NCBI GenBank assembly: GCA_965228475.1
Contig: OZ245817.1
Coordinates: 384,001-448,000 of the forward strand
From: Myxococcota bacterium
GTDB taxonomy: Bacteria; Myxococcota_A; UBA9160; JAFDDA01
Direction of reading: 5' to 3'
Length of the DNA stretch: 64,000 bases
In this document: one piece after another, positions 8,401 through 17,566 of the stretch
Layout: the number at the start of each line of letters is the position of its first letter
Numbering within the stretch: the stretch's first letter is position 1
Notes under the pieces: generated by a model
Database searches by the model: none
What the model was told of the DNA's origin: nothing
The model's input: only the letters and a program-made list of their open reading frames with translations
Position numbers and translations under genes: made by a program

Positions 8401-11400
8401 TCTCCTTCTTCGACCCGGCGAACCCGACGATCCAGCGTGTCACCGACTTCGTGACCATCCGCGGGGAGCAGGCGCCGATCGTCGGATCGACGGCCACCAT
8501 GGAGGCCTTCGACGTCTTCGGGGCCTCGCTCGGTTCCGTCACAGCGGCCGACTCGGTGGACGGGCTCACCCTCCACCTGAACGTCCCCGGGATCCACTCC
8601 GTTCGCCTGACCCAGGATTCGCCGGGCTTTGGCTTCGATGGCACGATCGGCTTCGACGATCTCTCGTTCACGATCGACCCCGGCTGTTCGACGGGCGGGC
8701 TCTACGCGATCGTCGGCCCGCCGCAGCCGTCCCTGGAGGAACCCGCCGAAGGGCCACGGCGCCTCGTCCAGATCGATCTCGACTCGGGGCGGGCGCGGGA
8801 GATCGGCGACCTCACCGGCGACGAGTCGATGGGGCCCGACTCGCTGACGTACGATGCCGTCCGCGGCGCGCTCTTCGCCTCCTTCCGTGATCCGGCCGCG
8901 CTCGTGCGCATCGACCCCATTACGGGGACGTCGCTCGAGGTCGGTTCGTTCCCCGTCAGCACTGGGGAGAGCGCCACCGCCGTGTGTGGCCTCGACGTGA
9001 ACCCGCGAGACGGAAGGCTCTACGCGATCTTCTCTGCCGAGCCGTCCCAGAACCCCTGCGACCGCATCGGGACCGTGGATCCCGAGACGAGCGAGATCAC
9101 GCCGCTCGCGACGCTCTTCCAGGACGACCCGGTGGGTGACCACGACGAGCGGGTCGACGCGGACGCCATCGAGTGGGTCGACGGCGTGCTCTACGCGGTC
9201 GACGCCCACGCCGATGGTGACAACGCCACCGGCCGGACGCTCGCCTACCGGATCGATCCGGAGACCGGGTTCTCCGAACTGATCGGCGAGTTCGGCGAGG
9301 CCGGCGACTTCCTGTTCTTGTTCGGCCTCGCGTATGCGGAGCCTCTCGGAACGCTCTTCGGCGCTTCGAGCGTCGACGAACGGATCGTGAGCCTCGATCT
9401 CGAGGGGTTCCAGTTCGAGGAACGCTTCCGGCCGCGCGAGCGGACGTTCGACATCGCCTTCGCGGTCCCCCCGCCCTTCCGGGGAAGCACCTCGGTCGTG
9501 GAGGGCGAGGCCGCAAGCCTGACCCTGCGCTTCAGCGACCCGGGCGTCCTCGACACCCACGAAGGCGTGATCGACTGGGGCGACGGCTCGGTCGATTCGC
9601 CCCGAGCCATCAGCGACGACGGAACGGGCTTCGTCGGGGGAAGCCACGTCTACGTCCAGGACGGCACCTACGACGTGGAGGTCTGCGTACGAGACGACGA
9701 CGGCGGCGAGGGCTGCACCACCGTCTCCGTCCAGGTCTTCAATGCGTCGCCCGAGATCGCGCCGATTCCCGACGCGGCCCTCGACGAAGGGGGCCTGCTC
9801 GAGATCGAGGCCGACTTCACGGATCCGGGCCGCGAGGACGTCCACGTCGCGAGGATCGATTGGGGCGATGGGTCGCCCGAAGATGCATTCCTCGTGACTC
9901 AGGGAGTGGAGGGCGGGATCGTCTCCGCCAGCCACGTCTACGTGGAGCGCGGCGAGTACGACGCACGGCTGTGCATCGACGACGGAAGCGACCTCGGCTG
10001 CCGGTCCTTCGTGGTCTCGGTCAACGGGGCACCGGCGATCGTCTCGTCGCCGCCGGTGAGTACGGTCCCCGGCGCGCCCTACGCCTACGCGGTCGCTGCG
10101 GAAGACGATCCCTCCGACGTGCTCGCGTTCGCACTCGACGAGGCACCCGCCGGCATGACCATCGACCCGGTGACGGGCCTCGTCCTCTGGACGCCGGTCG
10201 TGAGCCAGCTCGGCGACCACGACGTCTCCGTCCGCGCGACCGACTCCCGCGGCCTGTCCGACGTGCAGTCCTACACCGTCGCCGTGGCGCCCGACGTGAC
10301 CCCGCCCGGCGTGACCGTGATCCTCGATACGCCGCGCATCGACCCGGGAGGCGAGGCCGTCCTCACCGTCACGGCAGAAGACGACGGGGCGCCCCCGGAC
10401 GTCTCCGTCACCGTGAACGGCGTGCCCATTCCGCTCGACGACGACGGGCGTGCCACGATCCCCGGCACGGAGTCCGGCCCGATCGTGATCATCGTCGTGG
10501 TGACCGACGGCGCCGGCAACGAAACGACCGAGACCACCGTTCTCGCGGTGACCGACCCCGACGACGACACGCCGCCCGTGGCGCAGATCGACGCGCCCGC
10601 GGACCTCGCCGAGGTGACGTTCATCGAAGACCTCATCGGCACGGCGACCGACGAGAACCTCTTCCGCTACCAGGTCGGGCTGGCACGCGGGACGGATGCG
10701 CCCTTCGAGCTGCTCGAGGAAGGCTTCGCACCCGTCGTGAGCGATGTCCTGGCAACCCTCGACGCCACGCTCCTCGAGAACGGCCTCTACCGGGTCCGGC
10801 TCGTCGCCGAGGACGTGAACGGCGCCACGGCGGTGGCCGAGCGCGCCGTGCGCATCGCCGGTGATGCCAAGGTCGGCCGCTACCGCCTCACCTTCCTCGA
10901 CCTCCACGTTCCTGTCTCGGGTGTCCCCGTGCGCATCGAGCGGGCCTACGACAGCCGTGATGGCAAGCGGGGCGATTTCGGCCTTGGCTGGCGACTGGAA
11001 CTGCGGCGCGGGAGCTTCGACCACAACCGCTTGCCGGGTCGGGGATGGGACATTCGGGCCGGAGGCGGCTTCTTGGGGCTGCCGTGTCAGGTCGTGGTGG
11101 AAGACCAATCTCATCTGACGGAGGTCCGGCTCTCCGACAGCGAGTTCTATGCCTTCCGGCCCGTTCTTTCCGAGCCCTTCAGCATCGCCGGCGGGTGCGT
11201 GGCGGAGGCCTCTTACGAGTTCGTCGACGGATCCACGCGCGGAGCGGCCCTCGAGATCCTGGACGGGGCCACCGTCTTCCAGGCGAGTGGCTCGGCGGAC
11301 GTGACCCGCTTCGACGATCCGACCGGGGAAACCTACGAGCCGCGTCGGGTTCGCCTGCGAACGCGAGACGGCCGGGTCGTGGATCTCGACGCCGACGCTG

Positions 11401-14400
11401 GCGGCGTGACGCGCATCGTCGACCCGAACGGCAACACGCTGACGATCGAGCCGGACGGCCTGCTTCATTCGACCGGCCTCGAGATCCTCTTCGTGCGGGA
11501 TGCCGAGGGTCGCATCGCGCGAATCGAGGACCCCGAGGGACAGTCCCTCCTCTACTCGTACGACGCAGATGGAAATCTCGATGCCGCCGTCGATCGGTCG
11601 GGCAACGAAACACGCTTCACCTACGAGGCGCCGGGCCGGCTCTCGGAGATCCTCGATCCGCTCGGGCGCCCGTACGTTCGCAGCGAGTACGATGCCGACG
11701 GTCGACTGGTTGCAACGGTAGACGGAAACGGGAACCGCACGGAGTTCCAGCACGATCTCGCGGATCGGCGTGAGGTCCAGATCGACCGTCTCGGCAACGT
11801 CACCGTGCAGGAGTACGACCTGCGCGGGAACGTCGTGACGAGCACCGACCCGCTCGGACAGGTAACGACGACGACGTACGATGCAGACGACAATCGGACG
11901 TCCCGGACGGACCCGGAGGGGCGAGTCTCCCTTTGGAGCTACGATGCAGCCGGGGACGTGGTCTCCTGGACCGACTTCGACGGGAACACCACGCTCTCGA
12001 CCTACGACTCCGCCGGAAGGCTTCTAGCCCAGGTCGACCCCGAGGGAGAGACGACGCAGTACGTCTACGACGCCTCGGGAAACCTGACCGAGATCCTCGA
12101 CCCCGACGGAGGCGTCGCGCGGTTCGCCTACGACGACGCGGGCAACCCCGAGAGCGAGACCGACCCGCTCGGGAACGTTCGCACCTATACATACGATGAG
12201 CGCGGCAACCGGATGACCGAGACCGATCCGCTCGGGAACGTCCGCTCCTTCACCTGGGACGCGACCGGCAACATGCTCTCGGAGAGCGCCATCCGTACGC
12301 AGGGGGACGGCTCGGTTGAAACAGAGACGGTACGCTTTGCCTACGACGCGGACGGCAGGATCGTGCGCCGGACCGACGCCAGCGGTGCGGTTTCCACGCG
12401 CGAGTACGACGGGCTCGGCCGCGTGGTGCGTACGGAAGACGCCAACGGGAACGTCGTCCGCTTCTCGTACGACGGGATCGGGAACCTCGCCGAAGTCTCG
12501 TATCCCGATGGCTCGACGGCCCTGCGCGATCACGACGCCGAGGGGCGACTCGTCCGGTCCGTCGACCGGGATGGACGCGAGACCCGCTTCGAGTACGACG
12601 CGCTCGGGCGGCAGACGGAGACCCTTCACCCCGACGGCACCCGGACGACGCGGGCCTACGACGGAGCGGACCGCCTCGCCGCGCGCACCGACGAGCGGGG
12701 GAACGTGACCACCTTCGCGTACGGACAGAATCAGGTAAGCCGGACCGATCCTCTGGGCCACGTCTGGATCGAGGATCGGGACTCGGCGGGTCGCCTCGAG
12801 CGCCAGGTGGATCCCCTTGGGCGCGAGACCCGCTTCGAGCACGACGGCCGTGGCAACCTCGTGCGGACGGTTTTCGCAGACGGCACCGAGCGCCGAAGCG
12901 TGCATGACGCGGCGGGTCGGGTGATCGAAGAGATCGACGAGGCGGGTTTGGTGACCCGATTCGCCTACGACGGTCGAGGTCAGCTCGCGGCGGTCACGGA
13001 CGCGCTCGGGAACGTGACGCGCTACGGCTACGACGAGCGGGGCAACCAGGTCTCGCGGACCGATGCGCTCGGCCGGGTGACGCGGATGGAGTACGACGCC
13101 GAGGGCCGCCTCGTCCGGCGAACCCTGCCGCTCGGTGAGTCGGAGCTCTTGACCTACGATCTCGTCGGGAACCGGACCTCCCAGACGGATTTCCGCGGTG
13201 AGACGACCACCTTCGAGTACGATGCCGATCGCCGCGAGGTCGCGCGCCGCTTCACCGACGGCTCGAGCATCGAGTCCTCCTGGTCGCCTGCCGGACTCCG
13301 TCTGACGGCTGGAGGCGACGCCTACCTCTACGATGCGCGCAGTCGACTCACCAGCGAAATCAAGGCCGACGGCTCGGTCCTCGCCTACGGCTACGATGCC
13401 GCAGGCAACCGCACCGAGGTTTCGATCGGCGCGGAGACCACGACCTACCTCTACGATGCGGCGAATCGGCTCGCCTCGGTCACCGACTCGGAGCTCGGCA
13501 CCACGAGCTACGTCCGCGACGCCGTCGGCAATCGCGTCGCGGTGGTGTACCCGAACGGGACGATGGCGACGTTCTCCCATGACGCAAGGGACCGGGTCGA
13601 ACAGGTTCGCCACGAGGGGCCGACCAGCCTCCTTCAGTCATTCGTCTACGACATCGGTCCCACCGGCCGGCGCCTGGGGGTCACGGAGGCGCCATCCGGG
13701 CGCCGCGTCGACTACGTCTACGACGACCTACACCGCTTGGTGGAGGAGCGGATCGACGAGGGAGGGGGCGTTCGGACCCTCGCCTATGCGTACGATGCGG
13801 TCGGCAACCGCGTGTCACGGGTCGACTCGCTCGAGGGCGCGACCGCCTACGTCTACGACGCCAACGACCGGTTGCTCGAAGAGCAGGGCCCCCTCGGGAC
13901 GATCTTCCACGCGTACGATGCCAACGGAAGCCTCGTCTCGGTTGACGACGGGCTGGGTCTGGACGAGTACGGGTACGACGCCGAAGGCCGTCTCGTCGCC
14001 GCTTCGCTGGACGATGGGAGCGATCTCGTCGCAGTCGCGTTCGCGTACGACGCGGACGGCCTGCGCACGTCGGCGACCGTCGACGGCGTCGAGACGCGGT
14101 ACCTGGTCGACAAGAACCGCGCCTACGGGCAGGTGATCTCGGAGGTGACGGACGGCGGGACCCGGCGATACGTCTACGGGGAAGCCCGGCTCGCCATGGA
14201 CTCGGACGAGGGGGAGCGCTTCTTCCACCACGACGCCCAGCGCTCCACGCGGCTCCTCACCGATGGTACCGGCGCCGCGAGCGACACCTACGACTACGAT
14301 GCCTTTGGCGTCGCCCTCTCGGAGAGTGGAAACAGTGCCAATCCCTATCGATACGCAGGCGAGCCGCTCGATGCGGCCACGGGCCTCTACTACCTCCGGG

Positions 14401-14945
14401 CCCGCTACTACCAGCCAGGCGTCGGACGCTTCACGGCGCGAGACCCATGGCGTGGCGACGTCTTCCAGCCGCTGACGCTCCATCCGTACGTGTACGTGCA
14501 GAACGACCCGATGAATCGCCTCGACCCTTCGGGAGCGATCGGCATCCTGTCCACCATCGGGAACGCGCTGAACTCGGCCTTCGTCCGATCGATCGGTTTC
14601 CTCTCTGCCGCCGGAACGCTCCTGACCCGGGGCCTCGACAGATCCCGATCCCTGCGCTTCAACACGAGCATCAATCTGCCGAAGATCTTCAACGCAGTGC
14701 AGAACAGGGGTGCCGCGGCAGGGTACCGCCGGGCGACCCAGCTCCTGAACGAGGCGATCAAGCCGAGCTTCCGCCGGGCTCAATGTTTCGCTCTGCGAAA
14801 CGCGCTCGCCGTGGACCTCGCAGCCCGGGTTCTGAACGTCGAGGAGTCGGGCACCCTGTTCGTTCCGGACCCGAGGGACCTCCGCATCCTGAGGGTCAAC
14901 GTTCTCGAGCCGTTGCGAGATACCCTCTGTCAGGGGATCGAGTGA
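5496..14945 (+). CDS. Giant Rhs/YD-repeat lipoprotein (FN3-like, cadherin-like/He_PIG, PKD, propeller-like regions, DUF6531-like, YD shell, Rhs core, 136-aa C-terminal tail)
   Basis: 3149 aa; lipobox LVGVSC; GMTVDPVSGRIDWTP-type Ig repeats; IDWGDGS PKD motifs; RAYDSR..GDFGLGW; many YDxxGR/N repeats; NPYRYAGE..D..TGLYYLRARYY and PYVYVQNDPMNRLDPSG. Start is GTG 5496 or ATG 5499. Confidence 0.93.
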   Translation: MMLRQVQQRRSPWQGPALAVLAAMLVGVSCQPAPGDLTVGTPECKSKPGSVVVLWKAPAGAASYRVLRGPADGSAPPAPLAEAVIHGPKPAYVDESAPVGVEQAYGVVALGADGSAGAPSPYCVAAAKDPEEALRPYFVTEPVLTALVGQAYRYDADAEHPDPAARLTYSLFISPEDMVIDPETGVVAWTPGPEDVGAHPVKILVEDEAGRSAKQFYTLVVSDGGPPTNLPPEIVSDPVGSAVAGEAYVYLVDAEDPDGDVLAFSLEVAPVGMTVDPVSGRIDWTPTDAQVGTASVRVRATDPGGLFDAQDFGIMVASPPNRAPVVQALLSDAARPAQRFQTFFGEDVNRTEDPATPTVDDPVRPAALPASQAARDRFLRELATGVAVGTFEDLSPGPTPNLLEIGEESVALLGPSALIVDRPTGTKAGRYPISGRRFLEGETRGFEFTVRFEAPVGAFGFFATDVADEASISGQLVLDLLDADGGVRSVEVPHAPPPEIGSNSGSALFFGVISTDRPITEITFRNSEDVVDAIGFDDLVIARPDQVISGLLEGESVALAPATFTDAEPEQTHVANVSWGGVPDPGAVLIESAGAGTVASRRSFPDDADTSVEVCVTDSEGATGCDSAPVEVQNLPPRIECSLEGFRLLGILGDGTLVENDPLTGEQTVLAETGLPSWGGLDWHPQRGVLYGIPEQSTNPQLARLDPLTGEAEIIGPITLDGVQVGLAEGIAFDPHSGGLLAAVGIDLPPRDFTSELLVSLDPDTGEATLVAPFGETSVLTSSQRPPGEGDADDIEFIGAQLMLADVSGQPPLVAGLVRADHRTGETEIVFEGEPNIATLAYSETTQQLFAAQALPEPALYRIDPASGAATLIQAGTVPGVLAVVPPRSVPVTIDFDSLPGMFNSPGDLVPEPSRLGDAFLSTLGVSFRSDADYVAVSEHAPFPTVSPPNVIGGVTASGELSYGTPIEISFFDPANPTIQRVTDFVTIRGEQAPIVGSTATMEAFDVFGASLGSVTAADSVDGLTLHLNVPGIHSVRLTQDSPGFGFDGTIGFDDLSFTIDPGCSTGGLYAIVGPPQPSLEEPAEGPRRLVQIDLDSGRAREIGDLTGDESMGPDSLTYDAVRGALFASFRDPAALVRIDPITGTSLEVGSFPVSTGESATAVCGLDVNPRDGRLYAIFSAEPSQNPCDRIGTVDPETSEITPLATLFQDDPVGDHDERVDADAIEWVDGVLYAVDAHADGDNATGRTLAYRIDPETGFSELIGEFGEAGDFLFLFGLAYAEPLGTLFGASSVDERIVSLDLEGFQFEERFRPRERTFDIAFAVPPPFRGSTSVVEGEAASLTLRFSDPGVLDTHEGVIDWGDGSVDSPRAISDDGTGFVGGSHVYVQDGTYDVEVCVRDDDGGEGCTTVSVQVFNASPEIAPIPDAALDEGGLLEIEADFTDPGREDVHVARIDWGDGSPEDAFLVTQGVEGGIVSASHVYVERGEYDARLCIDDGSDLGCRSFVVSVNGAPAIVSSPPVSTVPGAPYAYAVAAEDDPSDVLAFALDEAPAGMTIDPVTGLVLWTPVVSQLGDHDVSVRATDSRGLSDVQSYTVAVAPDVTPPGVTVILDTPRIDPGGEAVLTVTAEDDGAPPDVSVTVNGVPIPLDDDGRATIPGTESGPIVIIVVVTDGAGNETTETTVLAVTDPDDDTPPVAQIDAPADLAEVTFIEDLIGTATDENLFRYQVGLARGTDAPFELLEEGFAPVVSDVLATLDATLLENGLYRVRLVAEDVNGATAVAERAVRIAGDAKVGRYRLTFLDLHVPVSGVPVRIERAYDSRDGKRGDFGLGWRLELRRGSFDHNRLPGRGWDIRAGGGFLGLPCQVVVEDQSHLTEVRLSDSEFYAFRPVLSEPFSIAGGCVAEASYEFVDGSTRGAALEILDGATVFQASGSADVTRFDDPTGETYEPRRVRLRTRDGRVVDLDADAGGVTRIVDPNGNTLTIEPDGLLHSTGLEILFVRDAEGRIARIEDPEGQSLLYSYDADGNLDAAVDRSGNETRFTYEAPGRLSEILDPLGRPYVRSEYDADGRLVATVDGNGNRTEFQHDLADRREVQIDRLGNVTVQEYDLRGNVVTSTDPLGQVTTTTYDADDNRTSRTDPEGRVSLWSYDAAGDVVSWTDFDGNTTLSTYDSAGRLLAQVDPEGETTQYVYDASGNLTEILDPDGGVARFAYDDAGNPESETDPLGNVRTYTYDERGNRMTETDPLGNVRSFTWDATGNMLSESAIRTQGDGSVETETVRFAYDADGRIVRRTDASGAVSTREYDGLGRVVRTEDANGNVVRFSYDGIGNLAEVSYPDGSTALRDHDAEGRLVRSVDRDGRETRFEYDALGRQTETLHPDGTRTTRAYDGADRLAARTDERGNVTTFAYGQNQVSRTDPLGHVWIEDRDSAGRLERQVDPLGRETRFEHDGRGNLVRTVFADGTERRSVHDAAGRVIEEIDEAGLVTRFAYDGRGQLAAVTDALGNVTRYGYDERGNQVSRTDALGRVTRMEYDAEGRLVRRTLPLGESELLTYDLVGNRTSQTDFRGETTTFEYDADRREVARRFTDGSSIESSWSPAGLRLTAGGDAYLYDARSRLTSEIKADGSVLAYGYDAAGNRTEVSIGAETTTYLYDAANRLASVTDSELGTTSYVRDAVGNRVAVVYPNGTMATFSHDARDRVEQVRHEGPTSLLQSFVYDIGPTGRRLGVTEAPSGRRVDYVYDDLHRLVEERIDEGGGVRTLAYAYDAVGNRVSRVDSLEGATAYVYDANDRLLEEQGPLGTIFHAYDANGSLVSVDDGLGLDEYGYDAEGRLVAASLDDGSDLVAVAFAYDADGLRTSATVDGVETRYLVDKNRAYGQVISEVTDGGTRRYVYGEARLAMDSDEGERFFHHDAQRSTRLLTDGTGAASDTYDYDAFGVALSESGNSANPYRYAGEPLDAATGLYYLRARYYQPGVGRFTARDPWRGDVFQPLTLHPYVYVQNDPMNRLDPSGAIGILSTIGNALNSAFVRSIGFLSAAGTLLTRGLDRSRSLRFNTSINLPKIFNAVQNRGAAAGYRRATQLLNEAIKPSFRRAQCFALRNALAVDLAARVLNVEESGTLFVPDPRDLRILRVNVLEPLRDTLCQGIE

Positions 14946-15079
14946 GGGCATCGGCGGTTCCACCCGCTGCGCCTGGGTAGTCCCACCGGAGTCATTCTCT
15001 GGCACCATCGAGCCCACGGGCGAATTCCCCGCTCGCGTCCGCGTCCAACGCGGACCCAGACCGCCAGGGAGGAAGTCTC

Positions 15080-15763
15080 GTGAGCCGCAAGAACCAATGG
15101 ACCGTCGGAGCCTGTGCGATCGGCCTGATCGGAATGATCTTCACCGCGATGCCGAGCGATGCCAACGAGCCCGTCATGGGCCGCACCGTCGGCTCACCCG
15201 CCGGCCAGATGAAGGCGCAGGAGGAGGCCGGCGAGGCCGAGCGGAAGACCCCGCGCACCGGCCCCATGAAGAAGGCGCCGCGCGGGCTGCAGGTGCGGCC
15301 GGGGGCGCCGCAGTCGCCGACCGGACCGACCGGCATCCAGAACACGCCGCACCACGGCGCGGGCCAGGCGAACCTCGTCGTCGAGCTGATCGTGCCGGTG
15401 AGCCATCCGGAAGGACTGCCCGGGACGGGGATGTGCGCCGAAGCGCCGCCCTCGGGAGGCCCGTCGACCCAGGTCCGCTTCCGCGCGCGGAACGCCGGCA
15501 GCGCCCCCGCGCCGCCCAGCACCACCGCGGTGCACTGGACCGGCCCGAACGGCTTCGCCTGGATGAGCATCGTGCAGCACCAGGAGATCCAGCCCGGAGG
15601 CGCACAGAACACCTACGTGAACCTACCGCCCGGCTGCTACGGGCTCGCGGCTCACGGAACCTGCCAGTTCCTCGTCGAGCTCGACCGCAACGACACGGTG
15701 GTCGAGTCGGAGGAGGACGCCGACAACAACCGCAGCGGCTCCTGCATGAAGGCGGGGACGTGA
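15080..15763 (+). CDS. Secreted protein with CARDB-like domain
   Basis: Signal peptide, low-complexity linker, ANLVV...RNAGSAPA...ELDRNDTVVESEEDADNN CARDB-like pattern; GGGAGG RBS. Confidence 0.7.
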   Translation: MSRKNQWTVGACAIGLIGMIFTAMPSDANEPVMGRTVGSPAGQMKAQEEAGEAERKTPRTGPMKKAPRGLQVRPGAPQSPTGPTGIQNTPHHGAGQANLVVELIVPVSHPEGLPGTGMCAEAPPSGGPSTQVRFRARNAGSAPAPPSTTAVHWTGPNGFAWMSIVQHQEIQPGGAQNTYVNLPPGCYGLAAHGTCQFLVELDRNDTVVESEEDADNNRSGSCMKAGT

Positions 15764-15779
15764 GGCTGACGCCTCGCGG

Positions 15780-16664
15780 CTACCGCCCGGTGTACGGCGG
15801 CGAGCCGGGCGCGCGGTAGCGGTCGAGCGGGCTGCGCCGGCCGTCGCTGCCGTAGTAGAGGCCGTTGCCCTCGAGTTCGCCGAAGAGCAGGTGCAACGGG
15901 CAGCGGGCTCCCTCGGCCGGCGTCTTCATCCCCATCTCGCTCGGGCTCCTCGCCCCCGCTTCCGTGCGGGGCACGGTGAGGTCGGTGGCGATGTAGCCGG
16001 GCGTGCAGGCGTTGATGGCGAGCCCAGGGTGCTCCCGCGCGAGGATCTGCGTGTAGGCGTTGGCACAGGCCTTGGAGAATCCGTAGGGGTTGACCTCGCC
16101 GAGGCCTTCGGCCTCGAAGTGGGCGGCGTCGGGTGCGGCCAGGCACGAATCGATGAAGGCCAGGAGTTCGGCCTCGTCGAGGCCGCGGTCGAGGAAGAAG
16201 CGCTGGCGTTCGGGGTTGCACCGCGCGACGAAGTTCGGGCCCGCCGCCGAGGTGACGTTCACGATGCGTCCCTGCTCCGCGTCGAGCAGCGGGAGGAACG
16301 CCTCGCACACGCGCCGCATGCCGAGGGTGTTGACCTCGACGACGGCCGCGAGGTCCGCATCGCCCAGGCCGATTCCGGCATTGTTCACTAATCCGTAGAG
16401 CGGCCGTACCTCGCCCGCGCATCGCTCGGCCACGCGCGACGCCGCGGCGCGCACGGAGGCGTCGTCCGCCACGTCGATCGGGAGGAATTCGAGCCGCGAG
16501 GCCCAGGCGGCTTCGTCGCCGGCCAGGGACGCACGGGCCGCTTCCCCTCGCGCGGCATCCCGCGCACCGAGGAACACGAACGTGTCGTCGTGCTCGGCGA
16601 GGATGCCTTCGACGATCGCCCGCCCGATGCCCTTGTTCGCGCCCGTGACCAGGATTCTCTTCAT
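15780..16664 (-). CDS. SDR, carbonyl reductase-like
   Basis: TGANKGIG, NNAGIG, YGFSK, ACTPGYIATDL. Confidence 0.92.
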   Translation of the reverse strand: MKRILVTGANKGIGRAIVEGILAEHDDTFVFLGARDAARGEAARASLAGDEAAWASRLEFLPIDVADDASVRAAASRVAERCAGEVRPLYGLVNNAGIGLGDADLAAVVEVNTLGMRRVCEAFLPLLDAEQGRIVNVTSAAGPNFVARCNPERQRFFLDRGLDEAELLAFIDSCLAAPDAAHFEAEGLGEVNPYGFSKACANAYTQILAREHPGLAINACTPGYIATDLTVPRTEAGARSPSEMGMKTPAEGARCPLHLLFGELEGNGLYYGSDGRRSPLDRYRAPGSPPYTGR

Positions 16665-17500
16665 GCGTCCGGATCCTCTCCGATTGGAGTCGGTGCCACC
16701 TCGGCGAGGAACTCGCCGATGCGCTCGAAGTAGCGCGCGCCGCCCACCCCGACCGTATCGTTGTGGCCCGCGCCCACCAAGGTCTCGAAGGCCTTGGGCT
16801 CGCCCGCCCGCTCGAACAGCCGCAGCCCGAGTTCGTGGGGAACGATCCCGTCCCGGTCGCCGTGGAAGAAGAGCAGCGGGGCGCGAACGCGGCCGATCTT
16901 CTCCTCCGAGGCGAAGCGGTCTCCGGCGAAGAAGCCCCCGGCCGCGCCGTAGTAGTGGCGAGCCACGTCGGCCGCCGAGGAGAAGGTGCTTTCGAGGATC
17001 ACGCCCGCGAGCGGCCGGTCCTGGGCGAGGTCGACCGCCACGGCGCCGCCGAGCGAGCGGCCGAAGACCACCACCCTGTCTTCGCGCACGCCCGTCTCCT
17101 CGAGGAGGCGTGCGAGTGCGGCACGGGCATCCCGGTAGACGCCCTCTTCACTCGGCCGGCCCTCGCTCCGGCCGTACCCGCGGTAGTTCAGAACCATCAC
17201 GCTCGTGCCGAGCGCGCGCAGGCGGGCGGCGTTGGGCAGCCGATGAGAGGCGTTTCCAGCGTTCCCGTGCAGGAAGAGCAGGGCCCGGGCGCTGCCCGCT
17301 GCCGGGAGCAGGTAGGCGTGCAGGCGGATGCCGTCCCCGGCTTCGAAGGAGACGTCGCGAACTTCGCTGCCCAGGTCGCCCGGGCGCCGCTCTTCACCCG
17401 GGATCGGATGGAAGACCATCCGATCGACGAGCCAGCCGAGCGGGGAGAACCCCGCGACGAGCACCAGGCCGACCGCGACCGCGGCGAGGGTTGCGTGCAC
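16661..17500 (-). CDS. Alpha/beta hydrolase (ABHD13/Bem46-like)
   Basis: HGNAGN, YRGYGRSEG, GRSLGG nucleophile elbow, HGDRDGIV, GAGHND. Confidence 0.92.
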   Translation of the reverse strand: MHATLAAVAVGLVLVAGFSPLGWLVDRMVFHPIPGEERRPGDLGSEVRDVSFEAGDGIRLHAYLLPAAGSARALLFLHGNAGNASHRLPNAARLRALGTSVMVLNYRGYGRSEGRPSEEGVYRDARAALARLLEETGVREDRVVVFGRSLGGAVAVDLAQDRPLAGVILESTFSSAADVARHYYGAAGGFFAGDRFASEEKIGRVRAPLLFFHGDRDGIVPHELGLRLFERAGEPKAFETLVGAGHNDTVGVGGARYFERIGEFLAEVAPTPIGEDPDA

Positions 17501-17566
17501 GCCGCCAGTGTACAGCGCGCTTGCGAGGATGCCGCGGTCGCCCGTCCGGTCTCGGCCGGGCTGGCT

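Noticed and set aside
11400..14100. Recurrent TACGAC/GACCCGCTCGG motifs as a CRISPR or DNA repeat array
   Set aside because: These are degenerate codons of YD repeats inside the Rhs ORF, with no constant repeat-spacer structure
15080..15763. Rhs immunity gene
   Set aside because: Separated by 134 bp with its own RBS, and has a secreted CARDB-like architecture; not excluded but unsupported
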